Source: Geobacter metallireducens GS-15 (GTDB lineage: Bacteria; Desulfobacterota; Desulfuromonadia; Geobacterales; Geobacteraceae). From it: 32,000 nucleotides of DNA. Made by a program: the position numbers and the translations under genes. Numbering within the stretch: position 1 is the first letter of the stretch; the number at the start of each line of letters is the position of its first letter. Under the pieces are notes generated by a model that had not been told where the DNA came from, made no database searches, and was given only the letters and a program-made list of their open reading frames with translations. Below are positions 8,077 through 20,638 of this stretch, in pieces. The stretch spans positions 3,810,001 through 3,842,000 of the forward strand of contig NC_007517.1 in assembly GCF_000012925.1 (NCBI RefSeq). The letters are read 5' to 3'.

Positions 8077-8193
8077 CACGGAGACACAGAGAGCACGGAG
8101 AAAAGACAATAGCTCCAGCCTGCAAGGCGGGGGGATACCAAAGTTCATTTGTTACCGACCGCTTGGCGTTGCTCCGTGTCCTCCGTATCTCCG
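8077..8193. repeat. Imperfect 22-nt inverted repeat built from CACGGAG units, arms separated by 71 nt
   Basis: CGGAGACACAGAGAGCACGGAG (8079-8100) versus the reverse complement of CTCCGTGTCCTCCGTATCTCCG (8172-8193): 18/22 matches. Lies in a non-coding gap between convergent genes. Confidence 0.5.
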
Positions 8194-8239
8194 GGTTATT
8201 CTGATGAATTTCAGGTTTTCTTACTAATCGAGTTCGCGC

Positions 8240-8264
8240 AAAAAGGGCGGGGAAATCCCCGCCC
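8240..8264 (-). terminator. Rho-independent terminator of mtgA
   Basis: Minus strand reads GGGCGGGG-AUUU-CCCCGCCC followed by UUUUU. It begins 4 nt after the mtgA stop. Confidence 0.8.
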
Positions 8265-8268
8265 TTTC

Positions 8269-9237
8269 CTATTTCTGCTCCTCCTGAACGGGGGGCGCTC
8301 CCCCCTTCCCCTCTTCCGCAGGTGTCGTACCGGCTGGTTCCGCAGGCGGCAGTGCAGCAGGCGCTTCCTTAACGGTGCCTTCTCCCTCGGACGCCGGCAC
8401 CGGCACCGGCTCCTGGGGCCCGGCACTACCCGTGAAGTTCTGGAACGTCGCCTCCACCTTCTCGATGCTCTGATCCACCTTCCGCTGGAGTCCGGCGATA
8501 TTGGGCTCCTGCCCCAGGGCCTGCTGGTACTCGCCAGCCGAGAGGACCCCCTTGTTCCGCAGCAGCCGCAGGATCATGTTGGAGCGCTTCAGCACCTTGT
8601 CCAGATTCTTGTAGGGATTGTAGGCCACCCGGGGCCCCGGCAGCATGGCGGCCAGGAAGGCGCACTCCCGGGGGGTCAGGGCCGAGGCGGGCTTGCCGAA
8701 GTAGTAGCGGGCGCCGTGGCCGATACCGTAGACCATGGGCCCCAGCTCCACAACGTTCAGGTAGAGCTCGATGATCCTTCCCTTGGTCAGCTCCTCCTCC
8801 ATCCGCTTGGCCAGGACGATCTCCTTCACCTTGCGGGAGATGGTCTTCTCGCGGGAGAGGAAGAGGTTCTTGGCCACCTGCTGGGTGATGGTGGAGGCCC
8901 CTCGGGCGAAGCTCTTCTTTTCGAGATCGTACTTGATGGCATTCTTGATGGCCTTCACGTCGATCCCCTCGTGCTTGTAGAAGTTGGAATCTTCCGCCAG
9001 GATCACCGCCCACTTCATCTCCGCCGGGATGCTCCCCGACGGGGTCCAGTAGCGGTTCTTGGGCCCCACGGTGAAGGGATGGTAGTCGCCGTGCCAGTCC
9101 TTCACCTGAATGGTCATGTTCGTGCGGCGGTTCTTGAGCTCTTCCACCGACGGAAGGAACATGAGGGATAGGGCAATGTAGGCTCCATAGGCCACCACGG
9201 CCCCGATGGCCAGATAGAGCATCTTTTTCATGGTCAC
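8269..9237 (-). CDS. mtgA: Monofunctional peptidoglycan glycosyltransferase (GT51) with a Pro/Ala/Glu-rich C-terminal tail
   Basis: N-terminal TM helix. GT51 motifs AVILAEDSNFYKHEGID, GASTITQQVAKN, RKVKE. About 80 aa low-complexity tail. Confidence 0.88.
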   Translation of the reverse strand: MTMKKMLYLAIGAVVAYGAYIALSLMFLPSVEELKNRRTNMTIQVKDWHGDYHPFTVGPKNRYWTPSGSIPAEMKWAVILAEDSNFYKHEGIDVKAIKNAIKYDLEKKSFARGASTITQQVAKNLFLSREKTISRKVKEIVLAKRMEEELTKGRIIELYLNVVELGPMVYGIGHGARYYFGKPASALTPRECAFLAAMLPGPRVAYNPYKNLDKVLKRSNMILRLLRNKGVLSAGEYQQALGQEPNIAGLQRKVDQSIEKVEATFQNFTGSAGPQEPVPVPASEGEGTVKEAPAALPPAEPAGTTPAEEGKGGAPPVQEEQK

Positions 9238-10253
9238 GGTGTTCCGCCTCCCGATCCCTTCACCCGCGCCATCTCCGCCGCCATGAGGATGGCCGCCTTC
9301 ATGCTCTCGGCCGAGGCCCTGCCGGTTCCGGCCAGATCGTAGGCGGTGCCGTGGTCCACGGAGGTGCGGATAATGGGGAGCCCTAGGGTCACGTTGACCC
9401 CGTCGTCGAAGTGGAGGAGCTTCAGGGGGATGAGTCCCTGGTCGTGGTACATGCAGACCACCGCGTCGTAGGCGCCCTGGACGGCGAAGTGGAAAAGCGT
9501 ATCGGCCGAGAGGGGGCCGATCGCATCGATCCCCTCCTGCCGGGCAGCCGCCACGGCAGGGGCAATGATGCGCGCCTCCTCGTCCCCGAACATCCCCCCT
9601 TCGCCGCAGTGGGGATTGAGGGCCAGGACCGCGATGCGGGGATTCCTCCTGAAATAGCGGTGCAGATCCCGGTGGGTAATCCGGATTGTCTCCAGCACCC
9701 GCTCGAAGGTCACTAGACGCGGCACGTCGGCCAAAGCCTCGTGGATGGTGACGAGAGTGACCCGGAGCCGGAAGCCGGCCAGCATCATGACGACCCGCTC
9801 CGCCCCCGCCAGTTCGGCCAGGAGTTCCGTATGCCCCGGATACCGATGCCCGGCCCGGTTCAGGGCCTCCTTGCTGATGGGAGCGGTCGCCATGGCGTCG
9901 GCATTTCCTTCAAGGCAGAGTCGCGCGGCCTCGCAGATGGCCCGGTACATGGCGTCGCCGCTGGCAACGGTGGGGCAGCCATACTGCATGTCCGCTTCGG
10001 TGAGGGACGAAATCTCCCAAAGGGGGAGCACCCCTTCTTTGCTTTCTTCCCAGTTCAGGGTATCGGTCCGCTCTACCCGGAGCGCGGCGCCTGCGACGGT
10101 GATTCCCCGTGCCATGGCCGCGCTGTCGCCGACAACGAGGAAGCGGCAGCATTGGCGCACCTCTGGCTCGGCCAGGGTTGCGGCGATGATCTCGGGGCCG
10201 ACCCCGGTGGGGTCCCCCATGGTTATGACAATACGTGGTTTAGTGTTTGGCAT
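9234..10253 (-). CDS. pdxA: 4-hydroxythreonine-4-phosphate dehydrogenase
   Basis: ITMGDPTGVGPEI N-terminus, GHTELLA, NPHCGEGG, YHDQGLIP, RTSVDHGTA motifs. 4-nt overlap with mtgA. Confidence 0.92.
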   Translation of the reverse strand: MPNTKPRIVITMGDPTGVGPEIIAATLAEPEVRQCCRFLVVGDSAAMARGITVAGAALRVERTDTLNWEESKEGVLPLWEISSLTEADMQYGCPTVASGDAMYRAICEAARLCLEGNADAMATAPISKEALNRAGHRYPGHTELLAELAGAERVVMMLAGFRLRVTLVTIHEALADVPRLVTFERVLETIRITHRDLHRYFRRNPRIAVLALNPHCGEGGMFGDEEARIIAPAVAAARQEGIDAIGPLSADTLFHFAVQGAYDAVVCMYHDQGLIPLKLLHFDDGVNVTLGLPIIRTSVDHGTAYDLAGTGRASAESMKAAILMAAEMARVKGSGGGTP

Positions 10254-10290
10254 GGTCGGATCATAGCAGGATTCAGGGCCTGCATCAGTG

Positions 10291-10318
10291 AAAAAAAAAG
10301 AGCGGCTAGGCCGCTCTT
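10291..10318 (-). terminator. Rho-independent terminator of the atp operon
   Basis: Minus strand reads AAGAGCGGC-CUA-GCCGCUCUU followed by U9, about 22 nt after the atpC stop. Confidence 0.85.
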
Positions 10319-10340
10319 CTTGGTACGTGGTGATTTTTCG

Positions 10341-10757
10341 CTACTTCCGGGTGGACTTGCCTGCCACCTGCATACGGATCAGGGCCCGCTCCAGGGCTGC
10401 CTCCTGGGTCTTGTAGCTCTTGTCTTCAGGGGAGAGACCCTTGAGTGCCGCTTCGGCACGACCAAGAGCAGCCTTTGCGCGCTCAAGATCGATCTCGTCT
10501 GCCCGCTCCGCGGTTTCGACGAGCACCGTGACCTTGTCGTCCTCCACTTCGAAATAGCCCCAGTTGACGGCCAGATGGAAGAACTGCCCACCCTTCTTGT
10601 AGGTGAGCTCACCGATCTTCAGGGAAGTGAGAAACGGCGCGTGGCCCGGAAGAACGCTGAACTCGCCGAGGGCGCCCGTGGCCGTGATCTCATCGACCTC
10701 TTCGGACAGGATCTTCTTATAGGGTGTTACCAGATCGACTTTCAGTTTTTCAGCCAT
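10341..10757 (-). CDS. atpC: F1 ATP synthase epsilon subunit
   Basis: 138 aa. The N-terminal part looks like the beta-sandwich (LKVDLVTPYK...VLPGHAP) and the C-terminal part like the helical hairpin. Directly follows atpD. Confidence 0.92.
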   Translation of the reverse strand: MAEKLKVDLVTPYKKILSEEVDEITATGALGEFSVLPGHAPFLTSLKIGELTYKKGGQFFHLAVNWGYFEVEDDKVTVLVETAERADEIDLERAKAALGRAEAALKGLSPEDKSYKTQEAALERALIRMQVAGKSTRK

Positions 10758-10819
10758 CTATCTTCATCCTTTTGGCAGGGAAGCCGTCACGGCCTCCCTG
10801 CGACGAGGTCATGTGAATC

Positions 10820-12271
<1,452 letters not shown>

Positions 12272-12290
12272 TTATAATCGTGAGATTAAC

Positions 12291-13154
12291 TTATCCCTTG
12301 ATCGACTCGGCACCGGAGATGATCTCCATGAGCTCGGTCGTGATTGCTGCTTGGCGGGCCCGGTTGTACTGAAGGGTCAGCTTGCCGATCATCTCGGTGG
12401 CGTTCTTGGACGCACTGTCCATGGCGGTCATCCGGGCGCCGTGCTCCGATGCCACCGACTCCAGCAGCGCCTTGAATACCTGCACCTCGATGTGCTTGGG
12501 AAGGAGTTCATCAAGAAGCTCCCCCTTGGATGGCTCGTAGATGTACTCGGGAACGTATTCCTCTTCGGCTGTCTCCTCGGGAACAATCGGGAGGAGCTGC
12601 TGGAGGGTGATGTCCTGGGACATGACACTGCGGAACGCGTTGAAGAGGAGATAGACCTCGTCGTATTCCTCCGCCACGTACCCCTCAACCACTTCCTGGG
12701 CCAGAAGCGCAGCAGTGGGGTAGCTGAGGTTCGAAAGGACGTTGCCGTAGTTCTTGTGGATCTTCTGACGATTTTTCAGGAACTCGAAACCCTTGCGGCC
12801 GACGGTGGTCACGGAGATTTCGGCGAACTCAGCCTTCTTCTCCCTGATGAAGCGCTCCGCGGCCTTGCAGATGTTGGCGTTGAAGCCACCGCAGAGACCC
12901 CGGTCAGAGGTAACCACCACGAGGAGGGCCTTCTGGCTGATGCGCTTCTGTAGCAGGGGGCTCGAACTCCCGTCCTGACTCTTGGCCAGGCGGTCCAGAA
13001 CCTCCCCCAGCTTCTTCGCGTAGGGGCGGGCGGCAACCACGTTTTCCTGGGCACGGCGCAGCTTCGCAGCCGAGACCATCTTCATGGCCTTGGTTATCTG
13101 TCTGGTGTTTTTTACCGAGACAATACGCTTTTTTATGCTTTTCAGGCTTGCCAT
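12291..13154 (-). CDS. atpG: F1 ATP synthase gamma subunit
   Basis: [37 protein letters not shown]-terminus and [14 protein letters not shown]-terminus. Confidence 0.95.
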   Translation of the reverse strand: MASLKSIKKRIVSVKNTRQITKAMKMVSAAKLRRAQENVVAARPYAKKLGEVLDRLAKSQDGSSSPLLQKRISQKALLVVVTSDRGLCGGFNANICKAAERFIREKKAEFAEISVTTVGRKGFEFLKNRQKIHKNYGNVLSNLSYPTAALLAQEVVEGYVAEEYDEVYLLFNAFRSVMSQDITLQQLLPIVPEETAEEEYVPEYIYEPSKGELLDELLPKHIEVQVFKALLESVASEHGARMTAMDSASKNATEMIGKLTLQYNRARQAAITTELMEIISGAESIKG

Positions 13155-13175
13155 AGTGGGAGAACCGTCCTTAGA

Positions 13176-14687
<1,512 letters not shown>

Positions 14688-14695
14688 GGAACCTC

Positions 14696-15238
14696 TCACC
14701 CCTTCTGTAATATATCCTGAATCCTGTTCAACTGGGTCCGTACGCTGCCGTCAAAAACCTTGTCGCCGATCTTGGTGATCACCCCGCCGATGAGCGAGGG
14801 CTCCACCTGGACCGACAGCTGCACCTTCTTCCCCGTTGCCTTGACCAGCGCGCCCTTCATGCTCTCCACCTGGGCATCCTCAAGAGGGAAAGCCGAAGTG
14901 AGCACCGGGCGAATGACGCCGGAAAGCTCGTCGGCGAATGCGGCATAGCTGTGGGCAATCTGGGGAAGGAAACTGATTCTCCCCCGGTCGAGGAGAACCT
15001 GGAGAAAGTTGGAGACCGTGCCGGAGAGGCTCAACTTCGCAAGAACGTCCTTGAGAATTTCCCTCTTGGCTTCAATGCGGTACGCAGGGCTTTTCAAGAC
15101 GGAATCGATGTCGGCGTTTCCTTCAAGCAGGGCTGCGAACTGCCCCAACTCGGCACCGAACCGGTCGACCGCGTCTTCCTCGGCCCCGAGCTGCACCAGC
15201 GCCTTGGCGTAGCGACGTGCAATAGCGTTCGAGATCAA
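14696..15238 (-). CDS. atpH: F1 ATP synthase delta (OSCP) subunit, TTG start overlapping the atpF stop (TTGA)
   Basis: [10 protein letters not shown]-terminal motif, 180 aa, located between b and alpha. Confidence 0.9.
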   Translation of the reverse strand: MISNAIARRYAKALVQLGAEEDAVDRFGAELGQFAALLEGNADIDSVLKSPAYRIEAKREILKDVLAKLSLSGTVSNFLQVLLDRGRISFLPQIAHSYAAFADELSGVIRPVLTSAFPLEDAQVESMKGALVKATGKKVQLSVQVEPSLIGGVITKIGDKVFDGSVRTQLNRIQDILQKG

Positions 15239-15855
15239 TGTAAGTTCTCCACCTTCGTAAGATAGTCGTTAACCAGCCGATCCTGGTCGTCTTTCTTGAT
15301 GTTCTCGCGCAGTGACTGCTCAGCCATCTGAACGGCAAGTCGCGCAGCCTCCCCGCGGAGTTCTGCCTTGGCCTTGAGAACCTCCTGAGAGGCAGTGGCG
15401 GCGGCCTGCTCGCGAATCTTGTCAGCGGTCAGCTTCGCCTCCGCGATGATCCGCTCCTTCTCCAACTCGGCTTCCTTGCGGATTGCGGCGTAGATATCGT
15501 CGATTTCCAGGTTCGCCTTTTCCAGCTTCCCGCTATACTCGGCAAACTTCTTCTCGGCAGCTGCCCGGGCCTCCTCGGCTTCACGGAGGGCCTTCTCGAT
15601 GTTGGCGGTGCGGTCTGCCAAGGCACCCTTGGCATTGGCCTTCTTGAGGGCCCAGATGATGACACCGAGAAGGGCGGCAAAGTCGATGACCCTCCACATG
15701 AAATCCTTCATCTGCTTGCCGGTGTCGACGTGGTGGGCACCCTCGCCCCCCTCGGCGGCAAACCCGAGGGCTGAAAGGCCGATCACGGCGGCACAGACCG
15801 CCGCAGGCATCATCACGGACTTCAGGAGCCTTTTCTTCTTGCATGCGTTTGCCAT
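15235..15855 (-). CDS. atpF: Fo ATP synthase subunit b (206 aa; start at MANACKKK, not the 308-aa track ORF)
   Basis: TM helix followed by a long Ala/Glu/Lys/Arg coiled coil. The ATG at 15853-15855 lies 1 nt after the b-prime stop. The upstream track extension overlaps b-prime in another frame and is Arg/Pro-rich. Confidence 0.85.
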   Translation of the reverse strand: MANACKKKRLLKSVMMPAAVCAAVIGLSALGFAAEGGEGAHHVDTGKQMKDFMWRVIDFAALLGVIIWALKKANAKGALADRTANIEKALREAEEARAAAEKKFAEYSGKLEKANLEIDDIYAAIRKEAELEKERIIAEAKLTADKIREQAAATASQEVLKAKAELRGEAARLAVQMAEQSLRENIKKDDQDRLVNDYLTKVENLH

Positions 15856-15856
15856 G

Positions 15857-16282
15857 TTACAGACTCCTCCCAAGGACTTTCTCGCTGATTTCAAGGGACA
15901 GGGCACGGGCCTGCTCCGCCAGGAGCTGCTTGGCGGCAGCGGCTTCTTGTGCCACCCTGTTCTTGATGGAGGAGAGAGAATCGGCAGCCTCCTTGCGGGC
16001 CTTCTCGATGACAGCGGCCTCTTCCTGAAGTGCGCCGCTGCGAAGGGTCTCACGCTCGGCATTGGCCTTCGCCTTAATTTCGCGCAGGCGGGCTTCGTAG
16101 AGTGCCATTTTTTCCTGCACGTCCTTGTCAACCGCCGCGGCCCGCTCTTTTGCGCCGTCAATCTGCGCCTTCCGGTCCGCCATGATTTTTCTGATCGGCT
16201 TGTAGAGGAAGATGTTCAGAACCAGGAGGAGAACCAGGAAGTTTACGAACTGAATCACAAAGGCAAGATCTAAACTTATCAC
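15857..16282 (-). CDS. Fo ATP synthase subunit b-prime (second b-type subunit, 141 aa, GTG start)
   Basis: Single N-terminal TM helix LAFVIQFVNFLVLLLVLNIFLY, then a charged helix. GGAG RBS 7 nt before the GTG. Confidence 0.85.
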   Translation of the reverse strand: MISLDLAFVIQFVNFLVLLLVLNIFLYKPIRKIMADRKAQIDGAKERAAAVDKDVQEKMALYEARLREIKAKANAERETLRSGALQEEAAVIEKARKEAADSLSSIKNRVAQEAAAAKQLLAEQARALSLEISEKVLGRSL

Positions 16283-16379
16283 GCTACCGCTCCGTAAAAT
16301 CCACCACTTGTAGTTTGTATTCCGTATACGGGGTACTGTATCAAAAAAATATGCGGTCGTAAGGCCGCAAAACAGACGT

Positions 16380-16408
16380 TAGCTATCACACGCATTGGCA
16401 CTTGTCAA
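16380..16408 (-). promoter_or_regulatory. Putative sigma70 promoter of the atp cluster
   Basis: Minus strand has TTGACA (16403-16408), a 17-nt spacer, then TAGCTA (16380-16385), about 100 nt upstream of the b-prime start. Confidence 0.4.
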
Positions 16409-16419
16409 CAAATTTATCC

Positions 16420-16456
16420 AAAAAACGATACGGCGTGCATGCTCCCGACCGTATCG
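16420..16456 (-). terminator. Probable terminator after parB
   Basis: Minus strand reads CGATACGG, a 15-nt loop, CCGTATCG, then U6. It starts 9 nt after the parB stop. Confidence 0.55.
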
Positions 16457-16464
16457 CACGCCCT

Positions 16465-17304
16465 TTAACCGAGCAGAAGATCGACGATTCTTGCAAGTTC
16501 GTCGCGGCTGCCGTAGGCAATCTCGATTTTGCCCCCTTTGCCGCTCTTGCGAACCGCAATTTTTGTCATGAAGCGACGCCGCAACTGCTCCACGAGGTCA
16601 GCAGCATGGACCTCCACGGTTGCAACCTTAGGCTTGGGCTTCTGCTCCCCCTTCAACCGTTTCACAAGGCTTTCCGCCTCGCGCACGGTGAGGTTTCCCT
16701 TGACGACGGCATCGCGGGCCTCCCGCATCTGGAGGTCGGTATCGAGGGCAAGAATCGCCCGCGCATGGCCCATGGCCAAGCGCTCTTCGACGATGTCCTT
16801 CTTCAGTTCGGCGGGAAGCTTCAGGAGCCGCAGGGAGTTGGCCACGGTGGATCGATCCTTCCCCACCCTCTTCGCGAGCTCGTCCTGAGTCAGGCTGAAG
16901 TTCTCCATGAGGGCGTGGTAGGCCTCGGCCTCCTCCACGGCGTTCAAGTCCTCCCGCTGGATGTTCTCGATGAGGGCCATCTCCAGGGCGGTATCCTCGG
17001 AGACGTCCTGGATGACCACCGGCACCTCGCGGAGTCCGGCCTTCTGGGCGGCCCGCCAGCGGCGCTCGCCGGCGATGAGCTCGTAGTGGTCTCCCTTTTT
17101 CCGCACCACGAGGGGCTGGATTATCCCCTTCTCGCGGATGGATGCGGCAAGCTCTTCCAGCCTGTCGGGGGTGAAGGTCTTGCGGGGCTGGTTCCGGTTG
17201 GGACGGATCTCTTCGATGGGGCAGGAGAAGTAGCGTTTCCCCTCCTCCTCCACGACCGGAAGAAGGGCCGCCATCCCCTTGCCGAGTCCGGTCTTCCTAA
17301 CCAT
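16465..17304 (-). CDS. parB: Chromosome partitioning protein ParB (Spo0J)
   Basis: GLGKGMAALL N-terminus, ParB box PLVVRK...YELIAGERRWRAA, HTH region. 8-nt overlap with parA. Confidence 0.93.
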   Translation of the reverse strand: MVRKTGLGKGMAALLPVVEEEGKRYFSCPIEEIRPNRNQPRKTFTPDRLEELAASIREKGIIQPLVVRKKGDHYELIAGERRWRAAQKAGLREVPVVIQDVSEDTALEMALIENIQREDLNAVEEAEAYHALMENFSLTQDELAKRVGKDRSTVANSLRLLKLPAELKKDIVEERLAMGHARAILALDTDLQMREARDAVVKGNLTVREAESLVKRLKGEQKPKPKVATVEVHAADLVEQLRRRFMTKIAVRKSGKGGKIEIAYGSRDELARIVDLLLG

Positions 17305-18073
17305 GGTGCGCCTCCCTTTCCATGAGTTCCTTGGCCAGTTCCATATAGGTGACGGCCCCCTTGGAGGTTATGTCGTACAGGATGATGGGACGGCCGTGGC
17401 TCGGGGCCTCGGAGAGTCTCACGTTGCGGGGGACCACGGTCTGGAAGGCAAGGGAGCCGAAGTGGGTCCGGATCTCCTCGCTTACCTGGCGGGAAAGGTT
17501 GATACGGCCGTCGTACATGGTGAGAAGGATCCCTTCAATGGCGAGCTTCGGGTTGAGCCCCTTCTGAACCAGCTTGATAGTCTTGATGATCTGTGAAAGC
17601 CCTTCCATGGCGTAGTACTCGCACTGGAGCGGGATAAGGACCGAGTCGGCGGCGGTCATGGCGTTGACGGTGAGAAGCCCCAAGGATGGGGGACAGTCGA
17701 TGATGATGTAGTCATACCGATCATCAAGGTGTGCCAGGGCCTCCTTGAGTTTCCATTCCCGCGCCATGGCGGAGACGAGTTCCAGCTCGGCGCCGGCCAG
17801 GTCGGTGGTGGCGGGAAGGAGGTCGAGACAGGCGAGGTCGGTCCTGACTATGAGCGTTGCCGGATCGGCGTCGTTGATGATGGCGTCGTAGACCGACTCC
17901 GTCAGGCTCCCCTTGTCGATGCCGACGCCGCTTCCGGCGTTCCCCTGGGGGTCCATGTCCACCAGGAGCGTCCGCTTTTCCGCCGCCGCAAGGGAAGCGG
18001 CAAGGTTGACGGCGGTGGTGGTCTTGCCGACCCCACCCTTCTGATTCGCTATGCAGATCTTCTTTGCCATCAC
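17297..18073 (-). CDS. parA: Chromosome partitioning ATPase ParA (Soj)
   Basis: Deviant Walker A NQKGGVGKTTT, IIIDCPPSLG, 258 aa. Confidence 0.93.
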   Translation of the reverse strand: MMAKKICIANQKGGVGKTTTAVNLAASLAAAEKRTLLVDMDPQGNAGSGVGIDKGSLTESVYDAIINDADPATLIVRTDLACLDLLPATTDLAGAELELVSAMAREWKLKEALAHLDDRYDYIIIDCPPSLGLLTVNAMTAADSVLIPLQCEYYAMEGLSQIIKTIKLVQKGLNPKLAIEGILLTMYDGRINLSRQVSEEIRTHFGSLAFQTVVPRNVRLSEAPSHGRPIILYDITSKGAVTYMELAKELMEREAHHG

Positions 18074-18214
18074 AGGTAACCGTCGCGGGAAAAGTGAGAA
18101 GGGAAAGCAGCTGGAAAGTCGTAATAATTACCACATTACCCCCGACTTGTGAAGGTATTTTTACCCGATGGCGCGTGGAATGAGGGTCATCGCCCCCCCA
18201 CGGGGCAGGGCGCG

Positions 18215-18634
18215 TCAAGAGGGGTGTATATCGAAGAGGCCGGCCTTCTCCAGGATGCCAACTATCTCTTTCCCATCCACCGGCTTGGTCAGGCAGCTGA
18301 GGACGTCCAACTCACGGCAGCATTTCAGGTCGGTCTCCTCCCGGGACGAACTGATGACGATGACCGGAACCTGCTTAGTCCTCACGTTGCCGCGAAGGGC
18401 GGTGAGAACCTCAATGCCGTTTATTTTCGGCAGCTTCAGGTCGAGCAGGATAAACGCCGGTTCGAGAATCTCCCCTCCCCCCCCCGGAGAACCGGGGCCC
18501 AGAAGACGTGCAAGGGCCTCTTCCCCATCGTGGGCAACGACAATGTTGTCGATTCCCTGCTTGCGCAAGGCGCGCAGCGCGAGAAATTCATCGTCCGGAT
18601 TATCCTCCACCAGAAGAACCTGAAACTTCTCCAT
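18215..18634 (-). CDS. Stand-alone receiver-domain (CheY-like) response regulator (ATG at 18634 preferred; TTG alternative at 18667)
   Basis: LLVEDNPDD acidic pocket, phospho-acceptor LLDLKLP, conserved LTKP lysine. No output domain. GGAGA RBS 6 nt before the ATG. Confidence 0.85.
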   Translation of the reverse strand: MEKFQVLLVEDNPDDEFLALRALRKQGIDNIVVAHDGEEALARLLGPGSPGGGGEILEPAFILLDLKLPKINGIEVLTALRGNVRTKQVPVIVISSSREETDLKCCRELDVLSCLTKPVDGKEIVGILEKAGLFDIHPS

Positions 18635-18727
18635 CGGCACTCTCCTCTCTGCGTCCCGCTTTCCCAAAACTGGCCGTTAAATAGTACGCCATAATGAAAC
18701 TGTTGCAATGCTCCAGAGTGCAAACCT

Positions 18728-20638
18728 CTACCCCTTACGCAGAATCCGCTTGTCACCAACCCGGATGGTGATTTTCTCCTGATCGAAAAACTCAAGGAGA
18801 GGGATCATGAATTTACGGGAGAGGCCAGTAAGCTCCCGAAACTCCGGTGGGGTGATCTCCCCCTTCTCCCGAAGGCGGGCGACGAGTTTCTCCCGGATCT
18901 CTCCGACAGGGCCGGGGGGGTAGAACACGTCGCTCTTGAGCTTCACGGCCCGCCCCTGCCGGGCAAGGATGTTCAGGTGCTCCAGAAGCTCCTTCTCGCC
19001 GCAGCGGAGCTGGTCGCACAGTTCCTTCACGGTGGGAGGCTCAAAGCCCCCCCGCAGAAGAGCTGCCTCGATCCGCCCCTGGAGGCCGGACTGGTCCACG
19101 GTCGGCTCCCCCTTACGGCCGGGGAGCTTCACCAGTTCCCGCTCCACCACCACCTTCCCCTCCTTTTCGAGGGAAGTCAGCAGTGGCGTGAAGAAACGGG
19201 GATCACTCCGTTTCGGAAGGCGGGTCTTCAACTCCTCCTTGCCGATCCCCTCTTTCAGCGGGTTATCCCGCAGATACCCTTCCACCTCCCCCTGAAGATG
19301 GGACTTGAGGGAGCCGAACGCGTCCCGGGAGAGGAGGATCCGGGGTTCCCGGACCACCTGCACCACCTCGCCGGCCGACAGGAGCGAGGCCAGGGCAGCC
19401 TCGGCCCTGCGGGGAGAGAGGCCGCTGCGGAGCGATATTTCCTCGAAGGCAACGCCGGAGAGGAGGCTTCCGGCCACCAGGAGTCTGACGGTGTCCGCCT
19501 CGGCGTGCTCCCCCAAGGCATGAAGAAGCGCCAGCGCCTCATCGGAGCGCCGCCGGCGACGGGGAGGTATCGGGTCCAGAACCCGGCCACCGCCCACGGT
19601 GACCTGGGGGGAGTAGGAGCGGAGCACGAAGGGGTCGCCGGGGAGGAGGAGCACCGGATGCTTCAGGCGAAGCTGGACAAAAGCGGATTCCCCCGGCGCC
19701 AGGACGTCCCGGTCCAGAAGGATCACCTGGGCCGGCACCTCGTAGGTGGCTGAATGGAGCCGGAGCGTGGCCCGGTGCCGAAGCTCCTTGGGGGCCGTTG
19801 GGAGGAGGTCGAGGCGGACATCCACGGCACGGGTGGTCCGAAAAACACCCCGGGGCACCACGATGTCCCCCCGCACCACTTCCGTGTGCTCGACCCCCTG
19901 GAGGTTCACCGCCACCCGCTGCCCGGCGCCGGCCGCATCTCCCTTCCGGCCGTGGGTCTGCACGCCCCGCACCCGAGCCTCCCTGCCCGAGGGGAGCAGC
20001 TCCACCTCGTCCCCCACCCGGATCTCGCCGGCCAGGAGCGTTCCGGTCACCACCGTGCCGAAGCCGGTGACGGTGAAAACCCGGTCCACGGGGAGGCGGA
20101 ACGGGCCTTCGCTCCGCTTTTCCTCCACCTGGGCGGCAAGGCGGGCCAGTTCCCCCTTGAGATCATCGATCCCCGCGCCGGTCCGGGACGAGACCGGCAC
20201 CACCGGCGCCTCCTCCAGGAAGCTCCCTGCCAGGTACTCCCGCACCTCTTCGGCCACGAGACCGAGCCACTCGGGGTCCACCATGTCGCTCTTGGTGAGG
20301 GCCACGAGCCCCTTCTTCACCCCCAGGAGCTGACAGATCTCCAGGTGCTCCCGGGTCTGGGGCATGACCCCCTCGTCGGCGGCGATGACGAGCATCACGA
20401 GATCCATCCCCCCTACACCGGCGACCATCGTCCGGACGAAGCGCTCGTGCCCCGGCACGTCCACGATGCCGAACCGGAGACCGCCCGGCAGTTCCAGGTG
20501 GGCAAAGCCGAGCTCGATGGTGATCCCCCGCTTCTTCTCCTCGGGGAGGCGGTCGGTGTCGATGCCGGTGAGTGCCCGGACGAGGGAGGTCTTGCCGTGG
20601 TCGATATGGCCGGCGGTGCCGAGGATGAGGTGTTTCAT
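18728..20638 (-). CDS. selB: Selenocysteine-specific translation elongation factor SelB (636 aa)
   Basis: GTPase motifs [24 protein letters not shown]. Long C-terminal extension of the size that forms the winged-helix domains in SelB. Confidence 0.92.
   Translation of the reverse strand: MKHLILGTAGHIDHGKTSLVRALTGIDTDRLPEEKKRGITIELGFAHLELPGGLRFGIVDVPGHERFVRTMVAGVGGMDLVMLVIAADEGVMPQTREHLEICQLLGVKKGLVALTKSDMVDPEWLGLVAEEVREYLAGSFLEEAPVVPVSSRTGAGIDDLKGELARLAAQVEEKRSEGPFRLPVDRVFTVTGFGTVVTGTLLAGEIRVGDEVELLPSGREARVRGVQTHGRKGDAAGAGQRVAVNLQGVEHTEVVRGDIVVPRGVFRTTRAVDVRLDLLPTAPKELRHRATLRLHSATYEVPAQVILLDRDVLAPGESAFVQLRLKHPVLLLPGDPFVLRSYSPQVTVGGGRVLDPIPPRRRRRSDEALALLHALGEHAEADTVRLLVAGSLLSGVAFEEISLRSGLSPRRAEAALASLLSAGEVVQVVREPRILLSRDAFGSLKSHLQGEVEGYLRDNPLKEGIGKEELKTRLPKRSDPRFFTPLLTSLEKEGKVVVERELVKLPGRKGEPTVDQSGLQGRIEAALLRGGFEPPTVKELCDQLRCGEKELLEHLNILARQGRAVKLKSDVFYPPGPVGEIREKLVARLREKGEITPPEFRELTGLSRKFMIPLLEFFDQEKITIRVGDKRILRKG

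Noticed and set aside
8269-8440. Pro/Ala/Glu-rich C-terminal tail of MtgA
   Set aside because: It looks like an ordinary low-complexity periplasmic or cell-wall linker with no repeat structure or motif, so it is noted only in the feature call.
15856-16161. N-terminal 102-aa extension of the atpF ORF in the track
   Set aside because: The extension overlaps the b-prime gene in another frame and is Arg/Pro/Ser-rich. The internal ATG at 15855 gives a normal b subunit starting 1 nt after the b-prime stop.
16342-16369. Hairpin plus U-run in the putative atp leader, considered as a possible attenuator
   Set aside because: On the transcribed (minus) strand the stem is only 5 bp plus an A-C mismatch. 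The better 7-bp GNRA hairpin forms only on the untranscribed plus strand, so it is too weak to call.
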